Source: a virus | Taxonomy: Duplodnaviria; Caudoviricetes | DNA length: 34,658 bases | Reading direction: 5' to 3' (one strand) | IMG/VR virus record: IMGVR_UViG_3300011338_000205 | Span: 1 to 34,658 of that record | Shown: positions 25,323-33,091 of the stretch, one piece after another | Layout: the number at the start of each line of letters is the position of its first letter | Numbering within the stretch: position 1 is the first letter of the stretch | Notes under the pieces: generated by a model | Databases searched by the model: none | What the model saw: only the letters and a program-made list of their open reading frames with translations | Told to the model about the DNA's origin: nothing | Translations under genes and position numbers: made by a program

Positions 25323-25641
25323 AATTAAGTCAGACAAGGCGGACAAGCAGAAGAGAAGCCCAGCACATCGCGCATGGGTTCGTGGCTTCGCCTGTTCGGC
25401 TTGCGGATCGACTGAGGCAATTGAATGCGCCCACGTTCGCCGGGGAACAGATGGTGGCATGGGCATCAAGCCTTCCGACAAGTGGGTCATCAGCTTGTGC
25501 AAATCCTGCCATGCCCAACAGCACCAGCAGGGTGAAGAAACATTTGAAAAGTGCCACGGCATTGATATGAAGGCGATGGCGATGGAGTTTTTCAAAGCCA
25601 GCCCGCACCGACAAAAGTTAGAAACCAGAGAAGGAGATTAG
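25300..25641 (+). CDS. DUF968-like/HNHc Zn-binding protein
   Basis: RSPAHRAWVR...CSACG, AHVR, GMGIKPSD, LCKSCH..QH. Confidence 0.8.
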   Translation: MALPQRIKIKSDKADKQKRSPAHRAWVRGFACSACGSTEAIECAHVRRGTDGGMGIKPSDKWVISLCKSCHAQQHQQGEETFEKCHGIDMKAMAMEFFKASPHRQKLETREGD

Positions 25642-25644
25642 AAA

Positions 25645-26025
25645 ATGACACAGGTTGTCTACCTGCGCGGAAATTACCAAAAAGACTTGGCTAAACGGCT
25701 GATTGATAAGGCCCCGGAGAACGCTGTTGTCCGCATTAGCCCTGAGCGCAGAAGCGACGACCAGAACGCAAAAATGTGGGCAATGATCTCTGATGTCAGC
25801 AGATCAAAGCCTGAAGGCCGTGTGCATATCCCAGAAGTTTGGAAGTGCATTTTTATGGCAGCCTGCGGGCATGAAGTGGCATTTGAGAACGGCTTGGATG
25901 GAAGGCCATTCCCCATTGGGTTTCACTCTTCCAAACTGAGCAAGGCCCAGATGTCAGACCTTATCGAAAGCATATACGCCTATGGCTCAAAGCATAGTGT
26001 GCGCTGGAGCGACTATTATGAGTAA
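25645..26025 (+). CDS. ninB: NinB/Orf recombination protein
   Basis: [41 protein letters not shown]. Confidence 0.88.
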   Translation: MTQVVYLRGNYQKDLAKRLIDKAPENAVVRISPERRSDDQNAKMWAMISDVSRSKPEGRVHIPEVWKCIFMAACGHEVAFENGLDGRPFPIGFHSSKLSKAQMSDLIESIYAYGSKHSVRWSDYYE

Positions 26026-26083
26026 CAGAGAAATTTTGAGCGAAGCAAGCTCAGAAATTGCGAAAATTTTAAAGGAGGAAGAT

Positions 26084-26323
26084 ATGACAAAACAAATGGT
26101 AGCAGCCGACGAACTTCGCCTTCTGATTGAGCGCATTGAGCGTCTCGAAGAGGAGAAGAAGGGTATCTCAGACGACATCCGGGATGTGTATTCCGAAGCC
26201 AAGGCGCGTGGCTATGATGCCAAGATTATGCGCCAGATCATCAAGCTGCGGAGCATGGAAACCCATGAGCGGCAGGAATGGGAAGCCGTTCTTGACACCT
26301 ATATCTCAGCGTTGGGAATGTAA
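26084..26323 (+). CDS. gapR: GapR/DUF2312 nucleoid-associated protein homologue
   Basis: [46 protein letters not shown]...LDTY..ALGM; GGAGGA RBS. Confidence 0.9.
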   Translation: MTKQMVAADELRLLIERIERLEEEKKGISDDIRDVYSEAKARGYDAKIMRQIIKLRSMETHERQEWEAVLDTYISALGM

Positions 26324-26324
26324 G

Positions 26325-26705
26325 ATGCAGAAAGTATTTATCACAGGCGGGCTGGGCCGCGATGCCGAGATTAAAGCCACACAGGGTGGCGATGAGGTGC
26401 TGACGTTCCCAGTCGGTGTCACGCAGGGCTTTGGCGACAAGAAGACGACCAATTGGTTCCGCTGCTCTCTCTGGGGTAAGCGCGCCCGGTCACTGCATCC
26501 CTATCTACTAAAGGGAACAAAGGTCACGGCAGTCGGTACGCTGGCTATCGGTGAATATGAAGGCAAGGCGCAATTCAACGTCTCAGTCGATGAGGTTGAG
26601 TTTATGTCGCGGGCGGATAACGCCAAGCAGCCGACAGCCCACGATACAGCCAAGCAGAATGGCTACCAGCCCGATGATGTTGATGACACAGACCTACCAT
26701 TTTGA
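26325..26705 (+). CDS. ssb: Single-stranded DNA-binding protein
   Basis: ITGGLGRDAE, TNWFRCSLWGKRA, YLLKGTKV, acidic tail DDTDLPF. Confidence 0.93.
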   Translation: MQKVFITGGLGRDAEIKATQGGDEVLTFPVGVTQGFGDKKTTNWFRCSLWGKRARSLHPYLLKGTKVTAVGTLAIGEYEGKAQFNVSVDEVEFMSRADNAKQPTAHDTAKQNGYQPDDVDDTDLPF

Positions 26706-26929
26706 TGGAGGAGGACATGAACGCACTGCTGCTGAAAGCGCGTGAGAAAGTCGCAAATGCCTATCGCGTAGGCTCTGTTGTGTATCGCGGCATAATGACA
26801 GGCCAGTGGGATCGTGGAAGCATGGTCCAGAGCGCAATGAGTGAGATTGTCAACGCTGGCGGGCCTTATGTGAAGCTGCCAGAGGAGCGGCCACCAGAGC
26901 GTCCTGTGAATGTTATTGACGATGAGTGA
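26702..26929 (+). CDS. Hypothetical protein (likely start MNALLL)
   Basis: GGAGGA before the internal ATG; last gene of the rightward operon. Confidence 0.55.
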   Translation: MMEEDMNALLLKAREKVANAYRVGSVVYRGIMTGQWDRGSMVQSAMSEIVNAGGPYVKLPEERPPERPVNVIDDE

Positions 26930-26950
26930 TATATAGAGGAATATCAATCA

Positions 26951-27044
26951 CTGCGCTGTTCGCGGCGTAGATATGGGGTGGTAGGTTCGGGAGCATCCGG
27001 GCGCTGAGTGGTTACGGCTCAGTTAAGCCACCCCATTTATTTTT
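26951..27044 (+). ncRNA. Structured RNA/terminator: UUCG hairpin plus three-way junction plus U-tract
   Basis: CTGCGCTG-TTCG-CGGCGTAG; ATGGGGTGGT/GCCACCCCAT enclosing two hairpins; TTTATTTTT. Confidence 0.5.
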
Positions 27045-27088
27045 GTCCCATCCCGACAACTAAATTGGCTTTATGGTATATGTCAGTA

Positions 27089-27163
27089 GGATGTTGTTTC
27101 GGGGGTTCCAACATCCAACGTGCCGGGGTGGTGATGTATCGGGATCTGCATCACTACCCCTTT
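27089..27163 (+). ncRNA. Two-hairpin small RNA or tandem terminator
   Basis: GGATGTTG/CAACATCC; 14-bp GGGGTGGTGATGTA/TGCATCACTACCCC with 2 G-U pairs, then TTT. Confidence 0.45.
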
Positions 27164-27281
27164 ACCGCAAGTGCGAGCGCGGTCCCAGTTTCTTACGATG
27201 ACGCAGACCCGGAGGCGAATGACGCCGCTTCTTGCGCTGCTGTGGTTGCCATGCAGTCTCTTTGGAAGCCTTCTTAGCCAT
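27162..27281 (-). CDS. 39-aa highly basic peptide (not in ORF track)
   Basis: MAKKASKETAWQPQQRKKRRHSPPGLRHRKKLGPRSHLR; TAATG coupling to the SLT gene. Confidence 0.6.
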   Translation of the reverse strand: MAKKASKETAWQPQQRKKRRHSPPGLRHRKKLGPRSHLR

Positions 27282-27871
27282 TAAAGCAGCCCATCCAAGA
27301 TACCGGGCATTTTACCCTTGGTTGAACGCTTCTTTTTTCCGCCGACACCAATCTTAGCCAGCAGCGATGCGAAGTTGCTTTCCGTATCAGCCTCTACGTC
27401 AACAGGATTGGGCGTATATGGCGTTGGCTCATCCAACTTCATCGTCAGCGGCTTACCCGGCTCAGAGCGTACTGGCGCCTTTGCTGCTGGATATGTCGTG
27501 CCAATGTAGTTTTTGAACTTCTTGGCGTAGTCCCGCGTTTCAGCAAACGGTGGAATGCCGCCATACTTCCGTACATTGCCCGGACCTGCGTTGTATGCTG
27601 CAGCGGCGATGATAGGATCACCAAAGGCTTTCAGTTGCTGCTTGAAATAGCGGACGCCACCACGAATGTTGTCCATTGGGTCATCAATGTTAACGCCAAG
27701 GCCCTTAGCCGTGCTGGGCATCAACTGCATCGGACCACGCGCGCCAGCCTTTGATGGGCTGACGTTAATACCGCCACTGCTTTCAATCTGGATGATGGCG
27801 TTGATAAAATCGCGGGGAACGCCCTGACGGTCTGCCTCCTGAAGCGCGAAGTTTACAAGTTTCTTATCCAT
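27281..27871 (-). CDS. Lytic transglycosylase (SLT), probably virion-associated
   Basis: IESS, SKAGARGPMQLMP.TA, NI.GG..Y, AAYNAGPG, PPFAETRDY. Confidence 0.92.
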   Translation of the reverse strand: MDKKLVNFALQEADRQGVPRDFINAIIQIESSGGINVSPSKAGARGPMQLMPSTAKGLGVNIDDPMDNIRGGVRYFKQQLKAFGDPIIAAAAYNAGPGNVRKYGGIPPFAETRDYAKKFKNYIGTTYPAAKAPVRSEPGKPLTMKLDEPTPYTPNPVDVEADTESNFASLLAKIGVGGKKKRSTKGKMPGILDGLL

Positions 27872-27873
27872 TA

Positions 27874-29496
27874 TTAATTATTCCTTGGCGTAAGAAGACC
27901 AGCAGCGGCAGCGGGGCTGAGAAGCGCACGGGGCGTAATGCCCAACGCCTGAGAAGCCTTACTTGGCGTTCGTCCAAGAATGCGAGCGATGGCCGCGCGG
28001 CCTTGTGGAGTGTAAGGTGCGGCAATCAAAGCAATGGCAGATGCCTGCCCCGGCGTGACACCTTCATAGCCAAGAGCTTCAGCAATACCCTGACCACCAG
28101 CAGCCAAACCACCTGTCAGAGCAAGATTGCGCGTCAACCTTGTCGCCGTCCCACTATCCGCCGTCCTTGATGGAATATTGCGGCCAGCGCGCGCCAAATC
28201 TGCATAGGGTCCACGCCGCTCACCTTTTCCAAATGCTGCGACAGCACGGTCAAGAGAGGATGGCGTAATTTTACCTTGTGCGCCGGATGCAGCCTTCTTC
28301 AAGCGCGCCTGATGCGCCCAGCCCGCGTTAACTTGCCGAAGTGCAGCGGCTTGACCGGGGTTTTGCTCTGCCAGCGCATTCATCCATGCCTGTCGGAGAT
28401 TTGCAACGCCAGTGCCAAGACGACGCTCAAACGGGTCGGCTGATTTCATAAAAACATCGGATGATTTACTGAGACGGCTCAGCGCATCCTGAAGGTTTTT
28501 GCCCCGGATCATTGCATCGCTGTCGGCAAGATCGGTGATGCTATCTTTGATAATTGCCAGCCAATCCCTCTGCAATGCCTTGCGGCTGCTAGGAATGCCA
28601 AGCTCATCGAAAACGTCCTTTGCGCTTTTGGCAAAATCTTTGGTGACAGTAAATTCGAGGTTCGGAACAAGCGTGTTATATGCTTGCTGCAATTTCCCCT
28701 TCACCCAGCCGACAGCCTCTTCGCCCTCAAGCTCTTTAGGTACAACGCGACCGACAAAAGAGGCGGCCCTATTCAAAGCCGACTTCTCAAAATCCTGACC
28801 AACTTGCTCGCGGCTGTATTGGATTAGATCACCGATGCCGGGGATGCTTGTGGCCGCTTCTTCTATGCGCTGCAAACCGCGACCCAATAGGCTTCCACCT
28901 TCACCAGCAATCATGCCGATTGTCGGGCTGATGCCTTCTTGGCGGAGCGTCTGCAATCCACGAGACACCTTGGGAGCAATAACGCCAGAAAATACATCAG
29001 CAACAGGCTTCAATGCGCCAGAAATAGCAGCGCCTGACGCAACGTCACCGATAAACTCTGGGATGTTCTCAGCGCGCGACAATGCACCGCTTGCCAAGCC
29101 TCCGCCAACAGCAGCCTGACCCATCGTGGCAGGCGCTGTAACCGCGCGCGTCGGAAGTATAGCAGCAGTTCCCGCGATGTTGCCGATGATTTGCCCGGCC
29201 CCAGATAGGTTGGCCTGACGCTGCACGTCGGTCTCCGCAAGAGTTTGGCGAGCTGTCGGCATACCCAAAGCAGCGCCAAGTCGATTTATTCCCTCAACAC
29301 CGGGCAACTGCTCAAGGCGAGATGCCACAATATCAAGAGGCTCTCGCGCACCAAGGTACAGGCCGCGTAGAAAACTTTCATCACGAGGCTGCGTTTCGCC
29401 AAGTTGCTGTTTTACAGCATTGTCGATAACGTCATCTGGAGTTCCATCTGGGAACTCAAGGATTGTGCCATCTGGCAACTCAGCCTTAATCGCCAT
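27874..29496 (-). CDS. Large internal virion/DNA ejection protein
   Basis: N-terminal LPDGTILEFPDGT; Ala/Gly-rich helices; DSGTA.R; podoviral position. Confidence 0.7.
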   Translation of the reverse strand: MAIKAELPDGTILEFPDGTPDDVIDNAVKQQLGETQPRDESFLRGLYLGAREPLDIVASRLEQLPGVEGINRLGAALGMPTARQTLAETDVQRQANLSGAGQIIGNIAGTAAILPTRAVTAPATMGQAAVGGGLASGALSRAENIPEFIGDVASGAAISGALKPVADVFSGVIAPKVSRGLQTLRQEGISPTIGMIAGEGGSLLGRGLQRIEEAATSIPGIGDLIQYSREQVGQDFEKSALNRAASFVGRVVPKELEGEEAVGWVKGKLQQAYNTLVPNLEFTVTKDFAKSAKDVFDELGIPSSRKALQRDWLAIIKDSITDLADSDAMIRGKNLQDALSRLSKSSDVFMKSADPFERRLGTGVANLRQAWMNALAEQNPGQAAALRQVNAGWAHQARLKKAASGAQGKITPSSLDRAVAAFGKGERRGPYADLARAGRNIPSRTADSGTATRLTRNLALTGGLAAGGQGIAEALGYEGVTPGQASAIALIAAPYTPQGRAAIARILGRTPSKASQALGITPRALLSPAAAAGLLTPRNN

Positions 29497-30179
29497 TACA
29501 TTCTGTTCCCAAAACGATCAAACTTGATGGTTTTCTTTGACTGTACGCCCATCATTGCCTTTGCCTGATTGATGTTTGGCGTTGGCTTTTTGATAGAGGA
29601 CAATCTTTCGTTCACAAAATTCAAACGCTCTGAAATGATGGAGCGCAGGCCACCCAACTTTTCCTCCGTCACCTCATCCTTGTCATCAGATGACGGCTTG
29701 AACGCTTCAAGTTTCTGAGCAAACTCACGCATATCCTGCGCACCTTCACCCGGAACGCGAGTGATCTGGCTTGCCAGCGAATAAAGTTGGCTTGCCGCCG
29801 TGTTGAAACGACCGACATCCTTTGAGACAGCATTTGTCGGATTAACGCCCGGAAAATACTCCAGCATCACCCGCCAAGGCTCTTTGCCCTTCAGCGACCT
29901 GTTGTAAATCTGCTCCGCGCGATCAAGTTGCTTTGCCACACTGGTCAACTGCGTCTTTGCCGACGAAAGCTCTTGATAAATTGCCGGAGTAGGAATGTCG
30001 GCTGTTGCAACAGCAGTGGCCGCCTCCGTTCCCGGCTTCAACCTTGCTTCGACGCCAGCCTTAGCCCCAGCCTCTGCGCCAGCAACTGCGCCACGAAAAT
30101 TCGGCGTCTCAGTCGGAGAAACAGGCTTTTGAAGCGCCTCTGGTGCGGCTTTTACAATTGGTGCGTCACGCCATCCCAT
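29496..30179 (-). CDS. Putative internal virion/ejection protein
   Basis: Helical; GAQD..E motif; TAATG coupling on both sides. Confidence 0.6.
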   Translation of the reverse strand: MGWRDAPIVKAAPEALQKPVSPTETPNFRGAVAGAEAGAKAGVEARLKPGTEAATAVATADIPTPAIYQELSSAKTQLTSVAKQLDRAEQIYNRSLKGKEPWRVMLEYFPGVNPTNAVSKDVGRFNTAASQLYSLASQITRVPGEGAQDMREFAQKLEAFKPSSDDKDEVTEEKLGGLRSIISERLNFVNERLSSIKKPTPNINQAKAMMGVQSKKTIKFDRFGNRM

Positions 30180-30754
30180 TATGGTTTACTCCGAATATTG
30201 CCTTCAGGATCAACAAACTGCGTCCCAGATGGAAGCGCGTTATATTCTTCGTCGCTTGCGACTGTCGGGAGATTTTGCAAGCGAGCAGCCGGATTAACGA
30301 CTGCGCCACTGTATGGGTCGCGAGGACGGCCAAGCGTATCAAAGGCCAACCGCGTCGGTGCCTGAGCCTTGTTTTGCTCAATGATCAACTTTGCAAAGTC
30401 GTCTGCGCTCATCAATTGAACGGCGCGGGCAAGCTGCGGGTTTGTCTGCTCCAACTGTGCAACGTATTGAGCCTTCACGGCCCCAAGTTGCGCCTGCTGC
30501 TCCGCTTGCTTGCGAAGCTGGTCAATCTGGAGCCGCCCTTGGACTTCCTGCAACTTCTGCTGCTGGATGTTTTGGAATACCTGATCTGGCGTCTGTGTGC
30601 GGCCACGCGAAACGGAACGCAGCAGCGAGCTAAGAGCAAGCAGTTTGTCACTGCCACTTAGCTGCCCAGAGAGATTGCCCTGCATAATCTGCGCCATCTT
30701 TTCAGCGTCTGTCATCGGCTGAGTTGGCTGCATCTGCTTTCCAAAAAGTGCCAT
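30179..30754 (-). CDS. Putative internal virion/ejection protein
   Basis: Gln-rich helices; C-terminal EEYNALPSGTQFVDPEGN. Confidence 0.6.
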   Translation of the reverse strand: MALFGKQMQPTQPMTDAEKMAQIMQGNLSGQLSGSDKLLALSSLLRSVSRGRTQTPDQVFQNIQQQKLQEVQGRLQIDQLRKQAEQQAQLGAVKAQYVAQLEQTNPQLARAVQLMSADDFAKLIIEQNKAQAPTRLAFDTLGRPRDPYSGAVVNPAARLQNLPTVASDEEYNALPSGTQFVDPEGNIRSKP

Positions 30755-30756
30755 GA

Positions 30757-31620
30757 TTAGATAATCCCAAGTTTCTTCAGGCTTCCAAGAACGCCGACAA
30801 CATCACTTGCCGTGCCAAGGAAGCCCTGACCCGGTGCAGTTGACGTCGTGGTCGAAGATGTCGTCGCAGGAACGCCGCTGACACCGGACTGGAAGATTTT
30901 AAGCTGCTCGACCGGATAACCGCGCTGTGCGAGGAAGTCCTGATAGGCCAGATCAATGTTCTGCTGGGCCATACCGCGCTGTGCCTGACCTGCCTGAGCA
31001 AGCATCTGCTGACGGGCCTGCTCCTGTGAAAGAGCCTGCGCGCCGAAGCCTGCCAACTGGGAAGCGCCTGCAAGCTGCTGTGTGGGCAACTGCGATGCAA
31101 GACCGGCCGCCTGACCGTAGCCTTGCTGATAGAGGTTCGCCAGCGTCTGAGCGGTGTTCAAATCCTGCTCGCCTGCGATCTGCGCCTCATATACGCCGCG
31201 ACGTTCATTCCCGAATGCACGAGACTGAGCCAACTGGGCCTTGGTCGCTGCATCACGCTCTGCGCGGGACTGAGCAAGACGGCGCATTGTCGCGTCAACC
31301 ACGTTTTCCTGATAGGGCGACATAAAGCCCTGCACATTGGTCTGGAACTGCGCGGGAGAGTAGCCAGCGGCGCGCTGTGCAGCCTGTGTGGCTTCTTCAA
31401 GCTGTGGAGCGCCTACGCGGCCAGTAGCAGCCTGTTCGGCCATCGTGAACGCCTGCTGCTCCTGTGGGCGGAACTGAGCAATACGCGGGCCACCATATGC
31501 CTGATAGGGGATCGACGAAACCTGCTGTGCCGCCTGAAAATTGCGGGTCAGCAAATCCTGAACAAATGGGTTTAGCTGCTGCGTTGTCTGCTGTGTCGCA
31601 GTCTGACCGCCCTTGGACAT
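30757..31620 (-). CDS. DNA pilot/ejection protein
   Basis: MSKGG..T start, FMSPYQENVVD, AFG..R, Gln/Ala-rich, amphipathic C-terminus. Confidence 0.7.
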   Translation of the reverse strand: MSKGGQTATQQTTQQLNPFVQDLLTRNFQAAQQVSSIPYQAYGGPRIAQFRPQEQQAFTMAEQAATGRVGAPQLEEATQAAQRAAGYSPAQFQTNVQGFMSPYQENVVDATMRRLAQSRAERDAATKAQLAQSRAFGNERRGVYEAQIAGEQDLNTAQTLANLYQQGYGQAAGLASQLPTQQLAGASQLAGFGAQALSQEQARQQMLAQAGQAQRGMAQQNIDLAYQDFLAQRGYPVEQLKIFQSGVSGVPATTSSTTTSTAPGQGFLGTASDVVGVLGSLKKLGII

Positions 31621-31622
31621 AC

Positions 31623-31982
31623 TTAAAGCTCCTTGGCGATGGTGGTGCAAACCTCTTGCCACCCGTCGCCTTTGAAAATCTTAACCCAACCCCGTCTACC
31701 AGATATTGACATGGAATTACAGCCTATAGTGACGGCAAATGCTCGCACAGAACGCTCCATCTCCAGCAATTCATCCAGATCACCCCCAGCAAGGAAAATG
31801 TGCATCACCTTCTTGCCTGGAAAGATTTGTATTTCAGTCACTACAGCCGACTTCTCACCCGGCCATAGTTGAAAGTTCCCAGTGACAATCCCATCCCAGA
31901 TGTCGCGGATGTTGTGCGTCCCCTTGGTGTATTCCAGCGCCGCTTTGATATACGGCTGGCAGCGCATAAACTCTTCGACCAT
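31623..31982 (-). CDS. GNAT-like protein between the tail and ejection genes
   Basis: SAVVTEI..FP, LAGGDL, FA..IGC......GRRGW. Confidence 0.65.
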   Translation of the reverse strand: MVEEFMRCQPYIKAALEYTKGTHNIRDIWDGIVTGNFQLWPGEKSAVVTEIQIFPGKKVMHIFLAGGDLDELLEMERSVRAFAVTIGCNSMSISGRRGWVKIFKGDGWQEVCTTIAKEL

Positions 31983-33091
31983 TACTGCTCCGTCTGCGTT
32001 ACAGCCAAGATTGCGGCTGGTGCGGCTGGTGCAAACCCTGTCGCGGCTACAGTGGCAATGCTGACGTTCGTATCGCTGGAGGCATACATCACTTCAATGT
32101 AGTCACCCGCTGAGATTGATGCCAACTCGCTGAGAGTGACAACCAAATACCCGCCGTTCAAAGAGATTGATGCAATACGGGCAGAATTGGGAAGGTCAGT
32201 CGTGCCATTCTTGCGCAGCCACACCCACACGCTCTTTTGCGAAGAGTTGGTTGACGTGATCTGCACAGAGACTGCAAAGTTATAAAGGCCAGCGTTTGCC
32301 ATCACAATTCGGGATGTTGGGCTTCCCCTCGTCACTCCCTTGCCAAACTCTGTGTTGGTGAATGTCAGCGCATAGGCAGTATTGGCAGCGGCCGGTGTCT
32401 GCGTGTCGGTCTTGGTAAACTCGCCATAATACTTCTGCTGCTCAATCGTCGGGCGGACAAAGATGATACCGTCAGTGGTGCCAACCTTCAACACAGCAGC
32501 CAGCGGAATGACGTTATTCGGCGCTGTAGGCTTTACCTTTGTGAAGCCACCAGCAACCGTCGGCGAGGCGTAGAGCAAATCTCCAAGGCTATACGCGCTG
32601 GTATTCAAGCCGCGAACAAATCCCCATGTGGTGCAATAGCCCTTCTGCCCGGTGTCAGGCAGATCGTGCGTCATTACTCCAAGGATGTAGAGCGAGTTTT
32701 GTGAGCCGTCGGCAAGATAGGGGCTAATCGACAACGCACTGTCAGGCACAGCGCCTGTGAAACCAACAACAGTCCCATTTGGGATTGTGACGCCGGTATT
32801 GTTCTGGACCCGCGCATAAATCTCTTCCCCGATCTGCTGGACAACGCCATATTCCATGCCCAGATCGAGCGTCTGGTCGTCGGCGTTCCAAGAGAGGCTA
32901 CCCTTGTCAGGGCTGTGGCTGTCGGTCGTGATGAAAGATGCGTCTGAGACAACTAACTTGGCAGGCTGGTAGACACCAACGTCCTGACCCTTCTCATAAA
33001 CGCTGTTTGAGAAAAGCTCGATAAGGCGGTTTCGCTGCGCTTCATACGAAGGGCTATATGTGCCGGGAGGTGGCGGTAGCTTGATGCTCAC
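31982..33091 (-). CDS. Tail-associated protein with C-terminal C1q/BclA-like beta domain
   Basis: AGLYNFAVSVQ...VWLRKNG...AGDYIEV; follows the nozzle gene. Confidence 0.65.
   Translation of the reverse strand: MSIKLPPPPGTYSPSYEAQRNRLIELFSNSVYEKGQDVGVYQPAKLVVSDASFITTDSHSPDKGSLSWNADDQTLDLGMEYGVVQQIGEEIYARVQNNTGVTIPNGTVVGFTGAVPDSALSISPYLADGSQNSLYILGVMTHDLPDTGQKGYCTTWGFVRGLNTSAYSLGDLLYASPTVAGGFTKVKPTAPNNVIPLAAVLKVGTTDGIIFVRPTIEQQKYYGEFTKTDTQTPAAANTAYALTFTNTEFGKGVTRGSPTSRIVMANAGLYNFAVSVQITSTNSSQKSVWVWLRKNGTTDLPNSARIASISLNGGYLVVTLSELASISAGDYIEVMYASSDTNVSIATVAATGFAPAAPAAILAVTQTEQ

Noticed and set aside
26127-26324. N-terminal extension of SSB in the ORF track
   Set aside because: Overlaps gapR in another frame; the SSB fold begins at ATG 26325
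26951-27044. tRNA gene
   Set aside because: Only two internal arms; no proper T-loop placement, anticodon arm geometry or CCA end
27008-27277. 89-aa + strand ORF
   Set aside because: Runs through hairpins and antisense to a coupled minus-strand ORF; no RBS or protein-like features
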